Shown: positions 52,260 through 62,213, numbered from the stretch's first letter. The stretch is DNA of 64,000 nucleotides from an uncultured delta proteobacterium (GCA_963761335.1 CAVXGR010000005.1:64001-128000); one strand, 5' to 3'. The notes: generated by a model from the sequence alone, not told the origin. Program-made: numbers and translations.

Positions 52260-53048
52260 ATGGACGAAAAAAGTCACGTGCAGCGCATCCGCGAGCAGTT
52301 CACGCGGCAGGCCGATGCCTACGCGGAGAACGAGCAGGCGAAGGATGACGCGGCTCACCGCTCTCTGGTGCGACTCTGCGGCGCCGGGCCCGATGATTCG
52401 GTCCTCGATGTGGCCTGCGGACCCGGCTACCTGACGCTCGCCTTCGCGGAGCGCTGCGCACGGGCTAGCGGCCTGGACGCGACGCCGGCCCTCCTCGATC
52501 GCGCCCGCCACCTGGCCAGGGCGCGCGGTGTGACCAACGCCCACTTCGAGTTCGGCGATGCGACGGCACTGCCCTTCGGCGACCAGAGCTTCGACGTGGT
52601 GGCGTGTCGGGCCGCCCTCCATCACTTTCCGGAGCCGCTGGCGGTGCTGCGCGAGATGCGCCGGGTGGTGCGAGCCGATGGCCGGCTGCTGGTCGCCGAT
52701 CTGTTGACCTCCGATGATGCCGCCAAGGCGGCGTACCACCACCGCATCGAGCAGCTCTGCGATCCGACCCACGTGCGGGCACTGACGGCGGAGCAGCTCA
52801 TCGGGCTATTTGCTGATGCCGGACTTGTCGTCGATGTCGACCTGCGGACCACTCTCGACTACGAGCTCGAAGAGTGGATGGCGCACGGCGGTCCCGATGC
52901 GGCCGCGGCCGCAGAGATCCGCGCCCTCTTCGAAGCTTGCCTCGCAGAGGATCTCGCCGGGCTGAAGGTGCGGCGCGAGGAGGGGCGCATCAAGTTCAGT
53001 CATCAAGCCTGCATCGCAGTGGCGAGGCGCCTTTCGCAGGTGGAGTAG
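52260..53048 (+). CDS. Class I SAM-dependent methyltransferase
   Basis: VLDVACGPG, GDATALPF, FDVV and DPTHVR motifs. Confidence 0.9.
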   Translation: MDEKSHVQRIREQFTRQADAYAENEQAKDDAAHRSLVRLCGAGPDDSVLDVACGPGYLTLAFAERCARASGLDATPALLDRARHLARARGVTNAHFEFGDATALPFGDQSFDVVACRAALHHFPEPLAVLREMRRVVRADGRLLVADLLTSDDAAKAAYHHRIEQLCDPTHVRALTAEQLIGLFADAGLVVDVDLRTTLDYELEEWMAHGGPDAAAAAEIRALFEACLAEDLAGLKVRREEGRIKFSHQACIAVARRLSQVE

Positions 53049-53122
53049 GGGCGTCAGGCCTTGCGGAGAATTGCCATTCAGCCATGAGCGATTCACGGAG
53101 CGGCCCCAGGATCGGTGCGGAG

Positions 53123-53258
53123 AAACGCAAAGACGCCAAGGCGCAAAGCGGGGCTGCGGAAAAGCGGCGGCAGTGTCCTTCGCGATCGCTGCGCCCGAGA
53201 CTCCGAGCCTCCGAAGTCTCCCCCGGCGGCCTGGCGTCTTCGCGCCTTTGCGCTCCTC
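53123..53258 (+). repeat. GxxExxY-associated hairpin repeat, solo copy
   Basis: AAACGCAAAGACGCCAAGGCGCAAAG...CCGAGACTCCGAGCCT...CTGGCGTCTTCGCGCCTTTGCGC; between convergent genes. Confidence 0.88.
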
Positions 53259-53310
53259 CTCTGACTGCCGAAGCGGCGAGCACTGCGGAGTCGCCTGCAC
53301 CGCTCGGCGA

Positions 53311-53859
53311 TCACGGAGCCGTCGAAGCGGGAAACGACGCCAGCCCCTGATGGACGGCCTCGGCGGCGATTCGCGCCAGCACTGAGCGGGTGAGGTCTGG
53401 GCCGCCGAGTCTGATCGGCAGGCGATTCTCCGCGACCTCCCAGGTCGATTCACCCTTCGCGTCGACCAGCGCGTAGCTTGCCGAGACGAAGGCGACGGCG
53501 CCCGCGGCGGCGGCGTCCTGGATTTCCAGGTCGGTGAGGGTGATGCGCAACACGGGGAGATCTGTCCGCATGGCGCCGCCTGGATGGCCGCCGTCCCAGG
53601 CGACTCCTTTCGCCTCGAGCTCGGCGGCCACGGCCGCCGTGAAGGCGTCGATCGCGGAGTACGGGGCGGTGCCGTTCGCCGTCAGCTGGGCGATTCTGTC
53701 GATGAGGCCGGGGCGCGGCGCGATGAGCGGCCGCTGACTTCCGTCGAGCACTTCGAGAATCACCTCGCGCACGCCGGCGGCGCCTTGGGCGCGCACCGTC
53801 GCCCGGACATGCGGCATTCCTCAGGCGGCGAGCAGCAGCAGTGGCAGCAGGCGGCGCAT
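53311..53859 (-). CDS. Putative lipoprotein with in-frame TGA at the lipobox Cys position (recoded or pseudogene)
   Basis: ATG 53859 overlaps the permease stop (TGATG): MRRLLPLLLLAA-TGA(53823-53821)-GMPHVRATV... continues in frame to the stop at 53311. Confidence 0.7.
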
Positions 53860-54683
53860 CAGCGCGCCGGCGCGGAGCGGAGAGGCACGAGCTGCTTCAG
53901 GATTCCGCAGAGGAGCAGCAGCGCGCAGAGCACCGCGACGATCGTCGGCCCCGTCGGCAGGTCCCATTGGTACGAGAGAAGGACACCGCTGCTTCCCGCG
54001 ATCACCGCGACGAGAACGGCGACGCCGTAGGTCGCTCTCATGCCGACGTCGAGCACCAGGGCCGCCGTGGCCGGGATCACCAGATAGGAAAAGATGACCA
54101 GAACGCCGGCGACGCTGACGCTGAGCGAGAAGACGACGCCGAGGACGAGATAGAAGAAGAGCTCCCACGCCTGGATGCGGTAGCCCATGGTCTCCGCCAT
54201 CTCGGGATCGAAGGCCGTGAAGAGCAGCTCCTTGGCAAGCAGGATGTGGAGAAGGAGCACGCCGGCGGCGAGCCCGGCGAGAATCCAGAGCTGTGTCTCG
54301 GTCACGCCGAGCACGTTGCCGAAGACGAGGCTCAGCACGTCCATCTCGCCGAGTGGATTCTTCGAGACGCAGAGGATCGTGAACGCCGAGGCGCCGGCGT
54401 ATGCCACGCCGATGGCGCTCTCCCTGGGTAAGCGGCCCACCTGGCGATGGAGGGCGAAGAACATGACGCCGACCAGGCTGAGGCCGAACGCGGCTTCCAC
54501 CTGGTGAAGGCCGAGCACGTGGCCGAGCGCCACCCCGAGCGTGGCGATCTGGGCCAGGGCGATGCCGACGAACACGATCCGGCGAAGGAGCACGTACACG
54601 CCGAGATACGCGGACACGCCGCCGGCGAGTACACTGGCGATCATCGCGTACTGCACGAAGCTCTGCGACAGCATCTCGATCAT
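53859..54683 (-). CDS. Metal ABC transporter permease (ZnuB/MntB-like)
   Basis: LGVYVLLRRIVFVGIALAQ, FGNVL, FDPE and DLPTGP motifs. Confidence 0.9.
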   Translation of the reverse strand: MIEMLSQSFVQYAMIASVLAGGVSAYLGVYVLLRRIVFVGIALAQIATLGVALGHVLGLHQVEAAFGLSLVGVMFFALHRQVGRLPRESAIGVAYAGASAFTILCVSKNPLGEMDVLSLVFGNVLGVTETQLWILAGLAAGVLLLHILLAKELLFTAFDPEMAETMGYRIQAWELFFYLVLGVVFSLSVSVAGVLVIFSYLVIPATAALVLDVGMRATYGVAVLVAVIAGSSGVLLSYQWDLPTGPTIVAVLCALLLLCGILKQLVPLRSAPAR

Positions 54684-55429
54684 CGTTCCGCTCCCGCGAT
54701 CACGACCGCCGTGCGGCCGACCTGATGAACCTGAACCGGGGTGCCGTAGAGCGCCGAGAGTCGCTCGCCGGTGAGCATCGCCTCCACGTCCCCGACGTCG
54801 ACTCGTCCCGCGCCGACGATCGCCAGCCGCTTCACGTACGAGGCGACGACGTTCAGCAGATGGCTGACCATGACCACGGTGAGCCCGTCCTCATCGTGAA
54901 GTCGCCGCACCAGGTCCATCATCGCCTTCTCCGCGGGAAGATCCATGCCGTTCGTCGGCTCGTCGAGCACCAGCACGGACGGCTCGGCGGCGAGCGCTCG
55001 CGCGATCAGCGTGCGTTGCTTCTGCCCGCCGGAGAGCGTTCGGTAGCGGCGATCGAGCAGCTCGGTGATACCGACGTGTGCGGCGCACTCGGCGGCGATG
55101 GCGCGGTCTCGTGCGCGCGGCGCGCGGCAGAGGCCGATGCGGGAGAAGCGGCCCATGAGAATGATCTCGCGGACCGTCAGGGGGAACGTCTCGTCGACCG
55201 CCTGCCGTTGTGGCACGTACCCGAAGGCAACCTGCTCGGCGACCGAGACGCGACCGCTGAGAGGACGGAGCGTGCCGAGCATTGTCTTGAGCAGCGTCGT
55301 CTTCCCCGAGCCGTTGGGGCCGACGATTCCGAGGAAGTCCCCGGATGCCGCGGCGAGGGTCACCTCCTCGAGGACCGCGTGACGGCCGTATCCGAGGGTG
55401 GCGCGTTCGAGCTCGATCAGCGATTGCAT
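54680..55429 (-). CDS. Metal ABC transporter ATPase (ZnuC-like)
   Basis: GPNGSGKT, LSGGQ and LDEPT motifs; start overlaps the SBP stop. Confidence 0.92.
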   Translation of the reverse strand: MQSLIELERATLGYGRHAVLEEVTLAAASGDFLGIVGPNGSGKTTLLKTMLGTLRPLSGRVSVAEQVAFGYVPQRQAVDETFPLTVREIILMGRFSRIGLCRAPRARDRAIAAECAAHVGITELLDRRYRTLSGGQKQRTLIARALAAEPSVLVLDEPTNGMDLPAEKAMMDLVRRLHDEDGLTVVMVSHLLNVVASYVKRLAIVGAGRVDVGDVEAMLTGERLSALYGTPVQVHQVGRTAVVIAGAER

Positions 55430-56385
55430 CACGTCCCCTGTGCCGCCTTCAGTGCCTCGGCGGTCCTCTTCACGATTGCGTCGATAAAGGAGAAGTAATC
55501 GTCGGTCCCCGGGATGCCGCCGGGCGACTCGGGAAGCGTCAGCACCGTCGCCCCGGTTTTCTCCGCCACGACGCGAGTCAGATTGTCGGGATAGTAGGGC
55601 TCCTTGAGGAGAACCTTGACGTGCTGCGCCTTCATCAGGCCGATGAGATAGGCGAGGTGAGACGGCGAGGGCGACACCCCCGGCTTGGGTTCCATCTGGC
55701 CGACGATGTCGAGACCGAATCGATTGGCGAAGTACTCCCAGTCTTCGTGGTACTCGACGATCTTGGCGCCCCGGTACGGCGCCAGCTCCGTCTGCCATTG
55801 CACCAGCTGCTCGTCGATGCGGCGGTCGAAGTCGGCGAGCCTTTGCTCGTAATACTCGCGGTTGTCGGAATCGACCCGCAGAAGACCGTCGACGATGTTG
55901 CGGGCCATCGTCTTCGCGTTGACGGGATCGCGCTGGTAGTGCGGGTTGCCCAAGGGATGCACGTCGCCGAGGGCGCGGCTGTCCATACCGGCCGGCGGCA
56001 CCTCGAGCTTCGGGATGCCGACGGAGGCGTCGACGAAGCCCGGTCCGCCGAGAATCCGCGGGTTGCGCGAGCCGTTCTCGAGGACCGGGGCCCAGCCGAC
56101 CTCGAGCTCGAGACCGCGCTTGACGTAGAGATCGGCGCGATTGAGCTTCAGGATGAAGCTCGGCTTGGGATCCACGAAATGCGGATCCTGGGTGCCGCGC
56201 GCCAGCGACTCGACATCGACCTTGTCACCCCCGACCTCGCGGGCGATCGCCGCGAGGTCGGGAGTCGTGGTGACCACGTCGACCTTGGCGAGGGCGGAAG
56301 TGAATGCGCCCCCGGCGGCGACGATGCAGAGAGCGCCGAGAACGACGAGCAGAGCTCGGGGCGCCAGAAGTATCTTCACAGTCAT
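55429..56385 (-). CDS. Metal ABC substrate-binding protein (ZnuA/TroA-like)
   Basis: DPHF, GDVHPLGNPHY, YH and EPKPG..PSPSHL motifs. Confidence 0.92.
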   Translation of the reverse strand: MTVKILLAPRALLVVLGALCIVAAGGAFTSALAKVDVVTTTPDLAAIAREVGGDKVDVESLARGTQDPHFVDPKPSFILKLNRADLYVKRGLELEVGWAPVLENGSRNPRILGGPGFVDASVGIPKLEVPPAGMDSRALGDVHPLGNPHYQRDPVNAKTMARNIVDGLLRVDSDNREYYEQRLADFDRRIDEQLVQWQTELAPYRGAKIVEYHEDWEYFANRFGLDIVGQMEPKPGVSPSPSHLAYLIGLMKAQHVKVLLKEPYYPDNLTRVVAEKTGATVLTLPESPGGIPGTDDYFSFIDAIVKRTAEALKAAQGT

Positions 56386-56404
56386 TTGGGAATCCTCCAG
56401 GCTC

Positions 56405-57862
56405 TCAGAAGGCGTGTGCGGCGTGTGGGCCGATCGAAAAATCGTACTGGAGCCAGACGCGGTTGGAGTCTTTGTCGGCGAGCCGATCGGAATTCACGAA
56501 CTGGTAGCCGAGGCGAAAGTAGCCGAACTCGAGGGGCGAGAAGGTGAGGTAGGGGAATACACCCCACTCCTCCTGCCCGGACATCCCGGGGATCTCCGTC
56601 CAGTCGAAGCGGGTCCCGGCCCACAGCGTCTGCGTCAGCCGGTACTCGCCGTAGGTGTAGAAGCCTCCCGAGTCGACGGTGCCTTGCCCCGCATCTTTCT
56701 GGTCGAGCTGCGTCAGGTAGCCTTCGGTCCGCCAGAGAAGCTTGTGGAATCCGGCCTGACGAAGCGGCCGCCAGCGGTAGGTCAGGTCCACCCCGTAGAC
56801 ACGTGTTGCGGTGCCGTCCCGCGGGGCGTTGGCGAGGATCGAGCCGCCGAGCTCGATGTTGTTGTCGTCATTGAGGTCGAAGAAGCTCTGGGCGTGGCCG
56901 ACGTAGACGAAGTCGCCGAGGGAGCGGCCCGGCGCTGGCTGCTCGAGGGGAATGCCCTGGGCTCCCTGGGGCTCTTCGCCGAGTCCGTTGACGACCTCCG
57001 CGGTGAGCAGGAGGTACTGGTCCCAACGGTTGGGAACCAGGTAGCTGGCGCCCACCCCGGTTCCCGAGAAGCCCTCGTCGCCGAAGTTGGCCACCTCGAC
57101 GAGCGGCCGGTCGGTCTGTGGGAGGGCGTGGCGGTGGAGGAGATTGTTCTTGCCAAAGGAGACGCGGAACTTGCCGATCCGCGCCTGCAGATTGTACGGC
57201 AGAGTGAGGAACGTCGCGTAAGCTTCCTCGACCTGCGGGGACTCGCCCTCGCCGAAGGTGATGAAGGCGTCGGCGCGGGCGTAGGGATCGATCGGCGCCT
57301 GAAAGCCGAGCTCCGCCTCGCGGAAGCTGAAGCGGTTCGCTTTGTTGAGCTGGCGGTTGTCGGTGCCGAGGAAGGTAAAGTCGCCGATGAAGCTGATGTC
57401 CGGATTGAGGAGTGAAGAGCTCTTGCCGACACCGGCGCCCACCGCGGGCTGCGCCTGAGGAGCGGCGGCGACGGCTCCCGTCCCCGGCACGGCCGCGCCG
57501 GGGGTTGGAGTCGGCATTGCCGCCCGGATCTCGGCTTCCAGCCCCTTCTCCTCTTCGCTCTTTGTCTCCGCGGTCGGCGGCTGCTTCCCGGTGGTGAGCC
57601 TCTCGATCTCGTCTTGCTGCTTGCGGACCTGCTCCTGGAGCATGTGGATCTGCTCCTTCATCATTTCGAGCTCGTGCCGCACGCTGCGGGGTGTACTCTG
57701 CGCGCGTGCGCCTGAGGCGCCCGCCGCCAGGAGCAGCGCGGCCAACGCGACACGGTGTCTAAAACGGTTTTCGAAGCCTTTTCCTCTGCGAACGGTGGGA
57801 CACGCGGCGAGGGCGAACGCGACTGCGCCGAACCCCAGCGGTCGTCTGCAACTCCACTCCAT
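56405..57862 (-). CDS. Outer-membrane beta-barrel protein of a metal-uptake operon (coiled-coil N-region)
   Basis: Signal, coiled coil, LNPDIS, REAELGFQAPIDPY, EEAY, N.LH.H and C-terminal GPHAAHAF; AGGAGG RBS. Confidence 0.85.
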   Translation of the reverse strand: MEWSCRRPLGFGAVAFALAACPTVRRGKGFENRFRHRVALAALLLAAGASGARAQSTPRSVRHELEMMKEQIHMLQEQVRKQQDEIERLTTGKQPPTAETKSEEEKGLEAEIRAAMPTPTPGAAVPGTGAVAAAPQAQPAVGAGVGKSSSLLNPDISFIGDFTFLGTDNRQLNKANRFSFREAELGFQAPIDPYARADAFITFGEGESPQVEEAYATFLTLPYNLQARIGKFRVSFGKNNLLHRHALPQTDRPLVEVANFGDEGFSGTGVGASYLVPNRWDQYLLLTAEVVNGLGEEPQGAQGIPLEQPAPGRSLGDFVYVGHAQSFFDLNDDNNIELGGSILANAPRDGTATRVYGVDLTYRWRPLRQAGFHKLLWRTEGYLTQLDQKDAGQGTVDSGGFYTYGEYRLTQTLWAGTRFDWTEIPGMSGQEEWGVFPYLTFSPLEFGYFRLGYQFVNSDRLADKDSNRVWLQYDFSIGPHAAHAF

Positions 57863-57937
57863 CGCTTCCTCCTGTGAAGGGACCACGGCCGAGCCGCCGC
57901 AAGCGGCGGCCCTGGAGGGCGACGAAGCGGCGGCGGG

Positions 57938-58240
57938 TTACGCTGAACGGAGGGGCGAAGCGAGAGGCGGAGCGCGACAGGAGTTCGGCGCGGCGCACAG
58001 ACGGGCGACCGGTGTATCCGTCCTCGGCGTCTGCGTCCGACTCCATACGGGCAACGGCGCCGGGGCGGGTGCCTGGATCCCCGAGGTTGCCGGGGTGTGA
58101 TGAACGGCGACGCAGAGAGCGCAGGTGCGCTGCTCGTTGCCGCCGGCGTGGGCATGGCCGCTCAGAAAGACCGGCACGAGCAGCAGGGCCGCGAGCGCGA
58201 GCGCTCCGACCCATCGCGATGGGGACCGACGCCGCCGCAT
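57938..58240 (-). CDS. DUF2946-like leader/arrest peptide (TM, HAH, CxxC, RAPP)
   Basis: MRRRR..TM..GHAH..CALC..HH..Pro-rich linker..CRAPPL; ends about 75 nt before the porin start. Confidence 0.85.
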   Translation of the reverse strand: MRRRRSPSRWVGALALAALLLVPVFLSGHAHAGGNEQRTCALCVAVHHTPATSGIQAPAPAPLPVWSRTQTPRTDTPVARLCAAPNSCRAPPLASPLRSA

Positions 58241-58300
58241 GGATGGCTCCAAGTGGGTAACAAAGGGGGGCGGGTGAAGCAAGCATCGGGGAGCGTCCCT

Positions 58301-58371
58301 GTGGACAGGCAACTTCTGCGGGCGAGGTCGTTGCCGGGGTGAGATCGCGAGGGCAAAAGTAGCCTGTCCCC
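58301..58371 (+). repeat. ~72-bp GGGGACAGGC palindromic element, copy 3
   Basis: GGACAGGCAACTTCTGC...GCAAAAGTAGCCTGTCCCC. Confidence 0.88.
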
Positions 58372-58491
58372 TTGGCGCCGCGCTCCCGGATTCCGGAGAA
58401 CGGAAATGCTCCGCGCCAAGCGCGAGCCACGACAGCGCTCCGCGGCGCGGTACCGATTCTGCTTCAGGACAGAACGGCAGCGGAGGCCGCC

Positions 58492-60192
58492 GTGAACATC
58501 ATCGAGACTGCCGGATTCGTCGCCCATCTAGCGGGGTGGGGGCTGACCCTGATCCGCCACGACACCCATTACCCCAGCCCGGTCCCGGAGAACCCGAAGT
58601 TCAAGAGCCCCCGCGACGCCGTCGGCCTGATCGGCGACGGCGACGTGGTCGCCACCTCCGGGCTCGGGGGAAACCAGCGCGCCTCGATTCTCTACTGGGC
58701 GATCCGCGAGGCCTTCGAGCAGAGCGGACATCCGCGGCAGCTGACGGTGATGAACCTCGGCGGCCACGGCGGCCGCGGCGCCGTCCCGGGGACCGTGGAG
58801 GAGCTCGGGCGGCCGGGCCTGTGTAGCCGCTTCGTCACCGGCCACTTCGACACCTTCCACGCCATGCTCGATCTCGCCGAGGCCGGCAGCTGTGAGCTGC
58901 AGTGCATTCCCCAGGGGACCATGGCACTGCTGCTGGATGCGCTCGGCGAGGGGCGCGACTCTCTGTTGACCGACACCGGCATCGGTACCTTCATCGACCC
59001 GCGGGTGGGACGTGGCTCGCCCGTGACTGCGGGGGCGCCGCAGCTGGTGACCGTCGAGGGGCGGAAGCTGCGCTACCATATCCCGCGCGTCGACGTCGCC
59101 TTGTTCAACGCGCCGGCGGCAGATCGGCACGGCAACCTCTACGTGAAGAGCTGCGCCATGACCGGGGAGACGCGGGAGATCGCCGCCGCGGCCAAGCGCA
59201 ACGGCGGCCGGGTGATCGCCAACGTCGGCCTCCTGGTGGAGGAAGGGTACGACCGGGTCTTCCTCCCCGAGAGCGTGGTCGACGCGGTCGTCTACTATCC
59301 GTACACGGAGCAGACCGGGGCGTTCTTCCACAGCCAGCCGTGGCGCGCCGTGACCACCGACGGCGACGACGTCCCCATCGGCGAGGCGCTGGCGCGCGCC
59401 CGGTTGATGAGCCGTCTGGCGCGGGTGACACCCCGCCGCCGCCCCATCGATGACGCGGTGGCGCGGCTGGCGGCGGCGGCCTTGGCGGCGCACGTCCCGC
59501 GGGGAGCCTACGTCAACATCGGCGTCGGGCTGCCCGAGGAGGTGTGCCGCACCGTCTTCGAGGCCGGGCACCTCGACGACCTCACCTTTCTCGTGGAGAG
59601 CGGCACGGTAGGCGGCCTTCCCGCTCCCGGCGTCTACTTCGGCGCCGCCTTCCACCCGCGCCGCATCATCTCCTCGGCGGAGATGTTCAAGCTCTGCTAC
59701 CAGCGCCTCGACGCCACCTGTCTCGGAGTGCTGCAGGCGGACAGCTCCGGCAACGTCAACGTCTCACGGCGCGGCGGGCGGGTCCGCGACTACGTTGGTC
59801 CGGGAGGCTTCATCGACCTCAGCACCGCGGCGCGCACGGTGGTCTTCGTCTCCAGCTGGACCGCAGGCGGCAGGATCGCCGTGGACGGCGAGCGCGTGCG
59901 CATCGTCGAGACGGGCCGCCCGAAATTCGTCGAGCGAGTGGACGAGGTGACCTTCAACGGCGCGCGGGCGCTGGCGGCGGGGAAGACCGTCCTCTACGCC
60001 ACCGGCGTCGGCCTCTTCCGCCTGACGGCGCGCGGCATGGAGCTGGCGCAGGTGATGCCCGGCATCGACGTGCGCCGCGACATCCTCGAGAGCGCGCCGA
60101 TGAAGGTGGTGCTGCCGCGCCGCGACGACATCCCCGTCGTCCCCGCCTCGGTGGTCACCGGCCGCGGCTTCGCTCTCCGCTTCGCGGGTTGA
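58492..60192 (+). CDS. Acyl-CoA:acetate/3-ketoacid CoA transferase (YdiF/Pct-like)
   Basis: PQG, GIGTFIDPR, NIGVGLP, ESG, GNVNVS and GPGGFIDL motifs; GTG start with GGAGG RBS. Confidence 0.9.
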   Translation: MNIIETAGFVAHLAGWGLTLIRHDTHYPSPVPENPKFKSPRDAVGLIGDGDVVATSGLGGNQRASILYWAIREAFEQSGHPRQLTVMNLGGHGGRGAVPGTVEELGRPGLCSRFVTGHFDTFHAMLDLAEAGSCELQCIPQGTMALLLDALGEGRDSLLTDTGIGTFIDPRVGRGSPVTAGAPQLVTVEGRKLRYHIPRVDVALFNAPAADRHGNLYVKSCAMTGETREIAAAAKRNGGRVIANVGLLVEEGYDRVFLPESVVDAVVYYPYTEQTGAFFHSQPWRAVTTDGDDVPIGEALARARLMSRLARVTPRRRPIDDAVARLAAAALAAHVPRGAYVNIGVGLPEEVCRTVFEAGHLDDLTFLVESGTVGGLPAPGVYFGAAFHPRRIISSAEMFKLCYQRLDATCLGVLQADSSGNVNVSRRGGRVRDYVGPGGFIDLSTAARTVVFVSSWTAGGRIAVDGERVRIVETGRPKFVERVDEVTFNGARALAAGKTVLYATGVGLFRLTARGMELAQVMPGIDVRRDILESAPMKVVLPRRDDIPVVPASVVTGRGFALRFAG

Positions 60193-60251
60193 GAGGGTCT
60201 TCGAGTTTTCGAGCTCGCGCGTTGTCGATGGCGTTTCGTCAGCCCCGATCA

Positions 60252-60278
60252 GCGCCCCGGAGGGGCGCGGGCACGTCG
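60252..60278 (+). repeat. Partial REP (CGCCCCGGAGGGGCG)
   Basis: Same palindrome as in the 10276, 11750 and 17553 clusters; between convergent genes. Confidence 0.6.
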
Positions 60279-60281
60279 CAA

Positions 60282-62057
60282 CTACGCGAGCTCCAGCCCG
60301 GCCAGGTCGCCGCGCGCCCGCCACTCCTCCAGCAGCTTGATGAATGCCGGGGATCCCCCGCCGTAGAAGCCGTTGCGGACGCTGCGTTCGGCCGGCTTGC
60401 CTTCGTTGTTGTAGTAACCGGGGGTGCAGGACTCCAGAAATGTTGCGCTCATCTGCGACAGGTCGACGATGGTCTGCACCCACGCGTCCTCGGCCTCGCG
60501 ACTGGTCTCGATGCGGGTGAGGCCGTGGTCGGTGGCGTGGCGCAGGAGATAGGCCAGATGCTTCGCCTGCTCGTCGAGCATGTGCGGGAAGTTCACGGAG
60601 AATCCCGACTGCACGATGCTGACGATGAAGCAGTTGGGGAAGCCGCGGCTGTAGAATCCGTGGAAGGTCGCGGCCCCGTCGCGCCAGCGCTCGCTGAGCG
60701 CAACGCCGTCTCGGCCATACACCTCGTAGCCGGCGCGCCGCGTGTAGTCGGTGCCCACCTCGAACCCGGTGGCGTAGATGAGGCAGTCGAGCGGGTACTC
60801 GCGGCCCGCCGCCACGACGCCCTGCGGCGTGATCCGCTCGACGCCCTTGCCGTCGGTGTCGACCAGGGTGACGTTCGGCCGGTTGAACGCCTGCAGGTAC
60901 TCATCGTGAAAGCAGGGGCGCTTGCAGAACTGGCGGTAGTACGGCTTCAACGCCTCGGCGACCGCCGGATCGGCGATGATCGCCTCCACCCGGGCGCGAA
61001 TCTGCTCCATCTTCTCGAAGTCGGCGAACTCGAGACTCTCGGCGAGGCTCAGCGGTCCGTCGCCGCCGTCACGCAAGCGCAGCAGCAGCTTGCCGATGAT
61101 GTCGGTCCAGCCGTCGCTGACCAGATCCTCGGGCTCGAAGATGCCGGAGACGAGGTTGTTGAAATTTTCCATCCGGCGCCGCTGCCACCCGGCCTCGAGA
61201 CCGGCGGCCCAGGCGGCGTCGGTCGGACGATTGTCGCGCACGTCGATCGACGATGGCGTGCGCTGGAAGACGTAGAGGTGCTTCGCCGCGGCCCCCAGGT
61301 GCGGCACGCACTGTACGGCCGTGGCTCCGGTGCCGATGACGCCGACCCGCTTGTCGTGCAGCCGATTCAGGTTGCCGTCGCTCGAGCCGCCGGTATAGGC
61401 GTAGTCCCAGCGGCTGGTGTGGAAGGCGTGCCCGGCGAACGTCTCCACCCCCGGGATGCCCGGAAGCTTCGGCCGGTGCAGCGGACCGTTCGCCATCACG
61501 ACGAAACGCGCCCGCATGCGATCGCCGCGGTTGGTGACGACCAACCACCGCCGCGCGGCCTCGTCCCAGCGCAGATCCGTCACCTCGGTCTGCAGACAGG
61601 CGCGCTCGTAGAGGCCGAAGTGCCGCGCAATGTTGCGGCTGTGCTCGAGAATCTCCGGCGCTCGCGAGTACTTCTCTCGTGGGACGTAGCCGACTTCCTC
61701 CAGCAGGGGCAGGTAGATGTACGACTCGACGTCGCACGCGGCGCCCGGATAGCGATTCCAATACCAGGTGCCGCCGACGTCGCCTCCCTTCTCGATGAGG
61801 CGGAGGTCGTCGATGCCGGCCTGCCGCAGCCGCGCTGCCACCACCAGCCCGCCGAAGCCGCCGCCGATGATCGCCACTCCGACCTCGTCGAAGAGCGGCG
61901 CCCGCTCCCGCGGCTCCGTGTACGGATCGTCGAGGAACTGGGCGAACCGCCCGGCGATCTCGATGTACTGGTCGTTGCCATCGGGCCGCAGCCGCTTGTC
62001 GCGCTCGGCGCGGTACTTGTCGCGCAGCGCGTCTGGATCGAAGGTGTTTGCCGCCAT
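60282..62057 (-). CDS. Baeyer-Villiger monooxygenase (type I)
   Basis: [28 protein letters not shown] (FxGxxxHxxxW) and GTGATA motifs. Confidence 0.94.
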   Translation of the reverse strand: MAANTFDPDALRDKYRAERDKRLRPDGNDQYIEIAGRFAQFLDDPYTEPRERAPLFDEVGVAIIGGGFGGLVVAARLRQAGIDDLRLIEKGGDVGGTWYWNRYPGAACDVESYIYLPLLEEVGYVPREKYSRAPEILEHSRNIARHFGLYERACLQTEVTDLRWDEAARRWLVVTNRGDRMRARFVVMANGPLHRPKLPGIPGVETFAGHAFHTSRWDYAYTGGSSDGNLNRLHDKRVGVIGTGATAVQCVPHLGAAAKHLYVFQRTPSSIDVRDNRPTDAAWAAGLEAGWQRRRMENFNNLVSGIFEPEDLVSDGWTDIIGKLLLRLRDGGDGPLSLAESLEFADFEKMEQIRARVEAIIADPAVAEALKPYYRQFCKRPCFHDEYLQAFNRPNVTLVDTDGKGVERITPQGVVAAGREYPLDCLIYATGFEVGTDYTRRAGYEVYGRDGVALSERWRDGAATFHGFYSRGFPNCFIVSIVQSGFSVNFPHMLDEQAKHLAYLLRHATDHGLTRIETSREAEDAWVQTIVDLSQMSATFLESCTPGYYNNEGKPAERSVRNGFYGGGSPAFIKLLEEWRARGDLAGLELA

Positions 62058-62213
62058 TCGTGCCTCGGGTCGCTCAGGTGTACACGATGCGGGTGATCCA
62101 GTCGGCGACCACCGCAAAGGCTTTCGCTGCGTTGGTGCTCATGATGCCGGAAACCCTACAAGTGGGTTGACGTCGAGTCCAGCGCTCGCGAAGCGGCGAG
62201 ACGCTGCTTCTAC

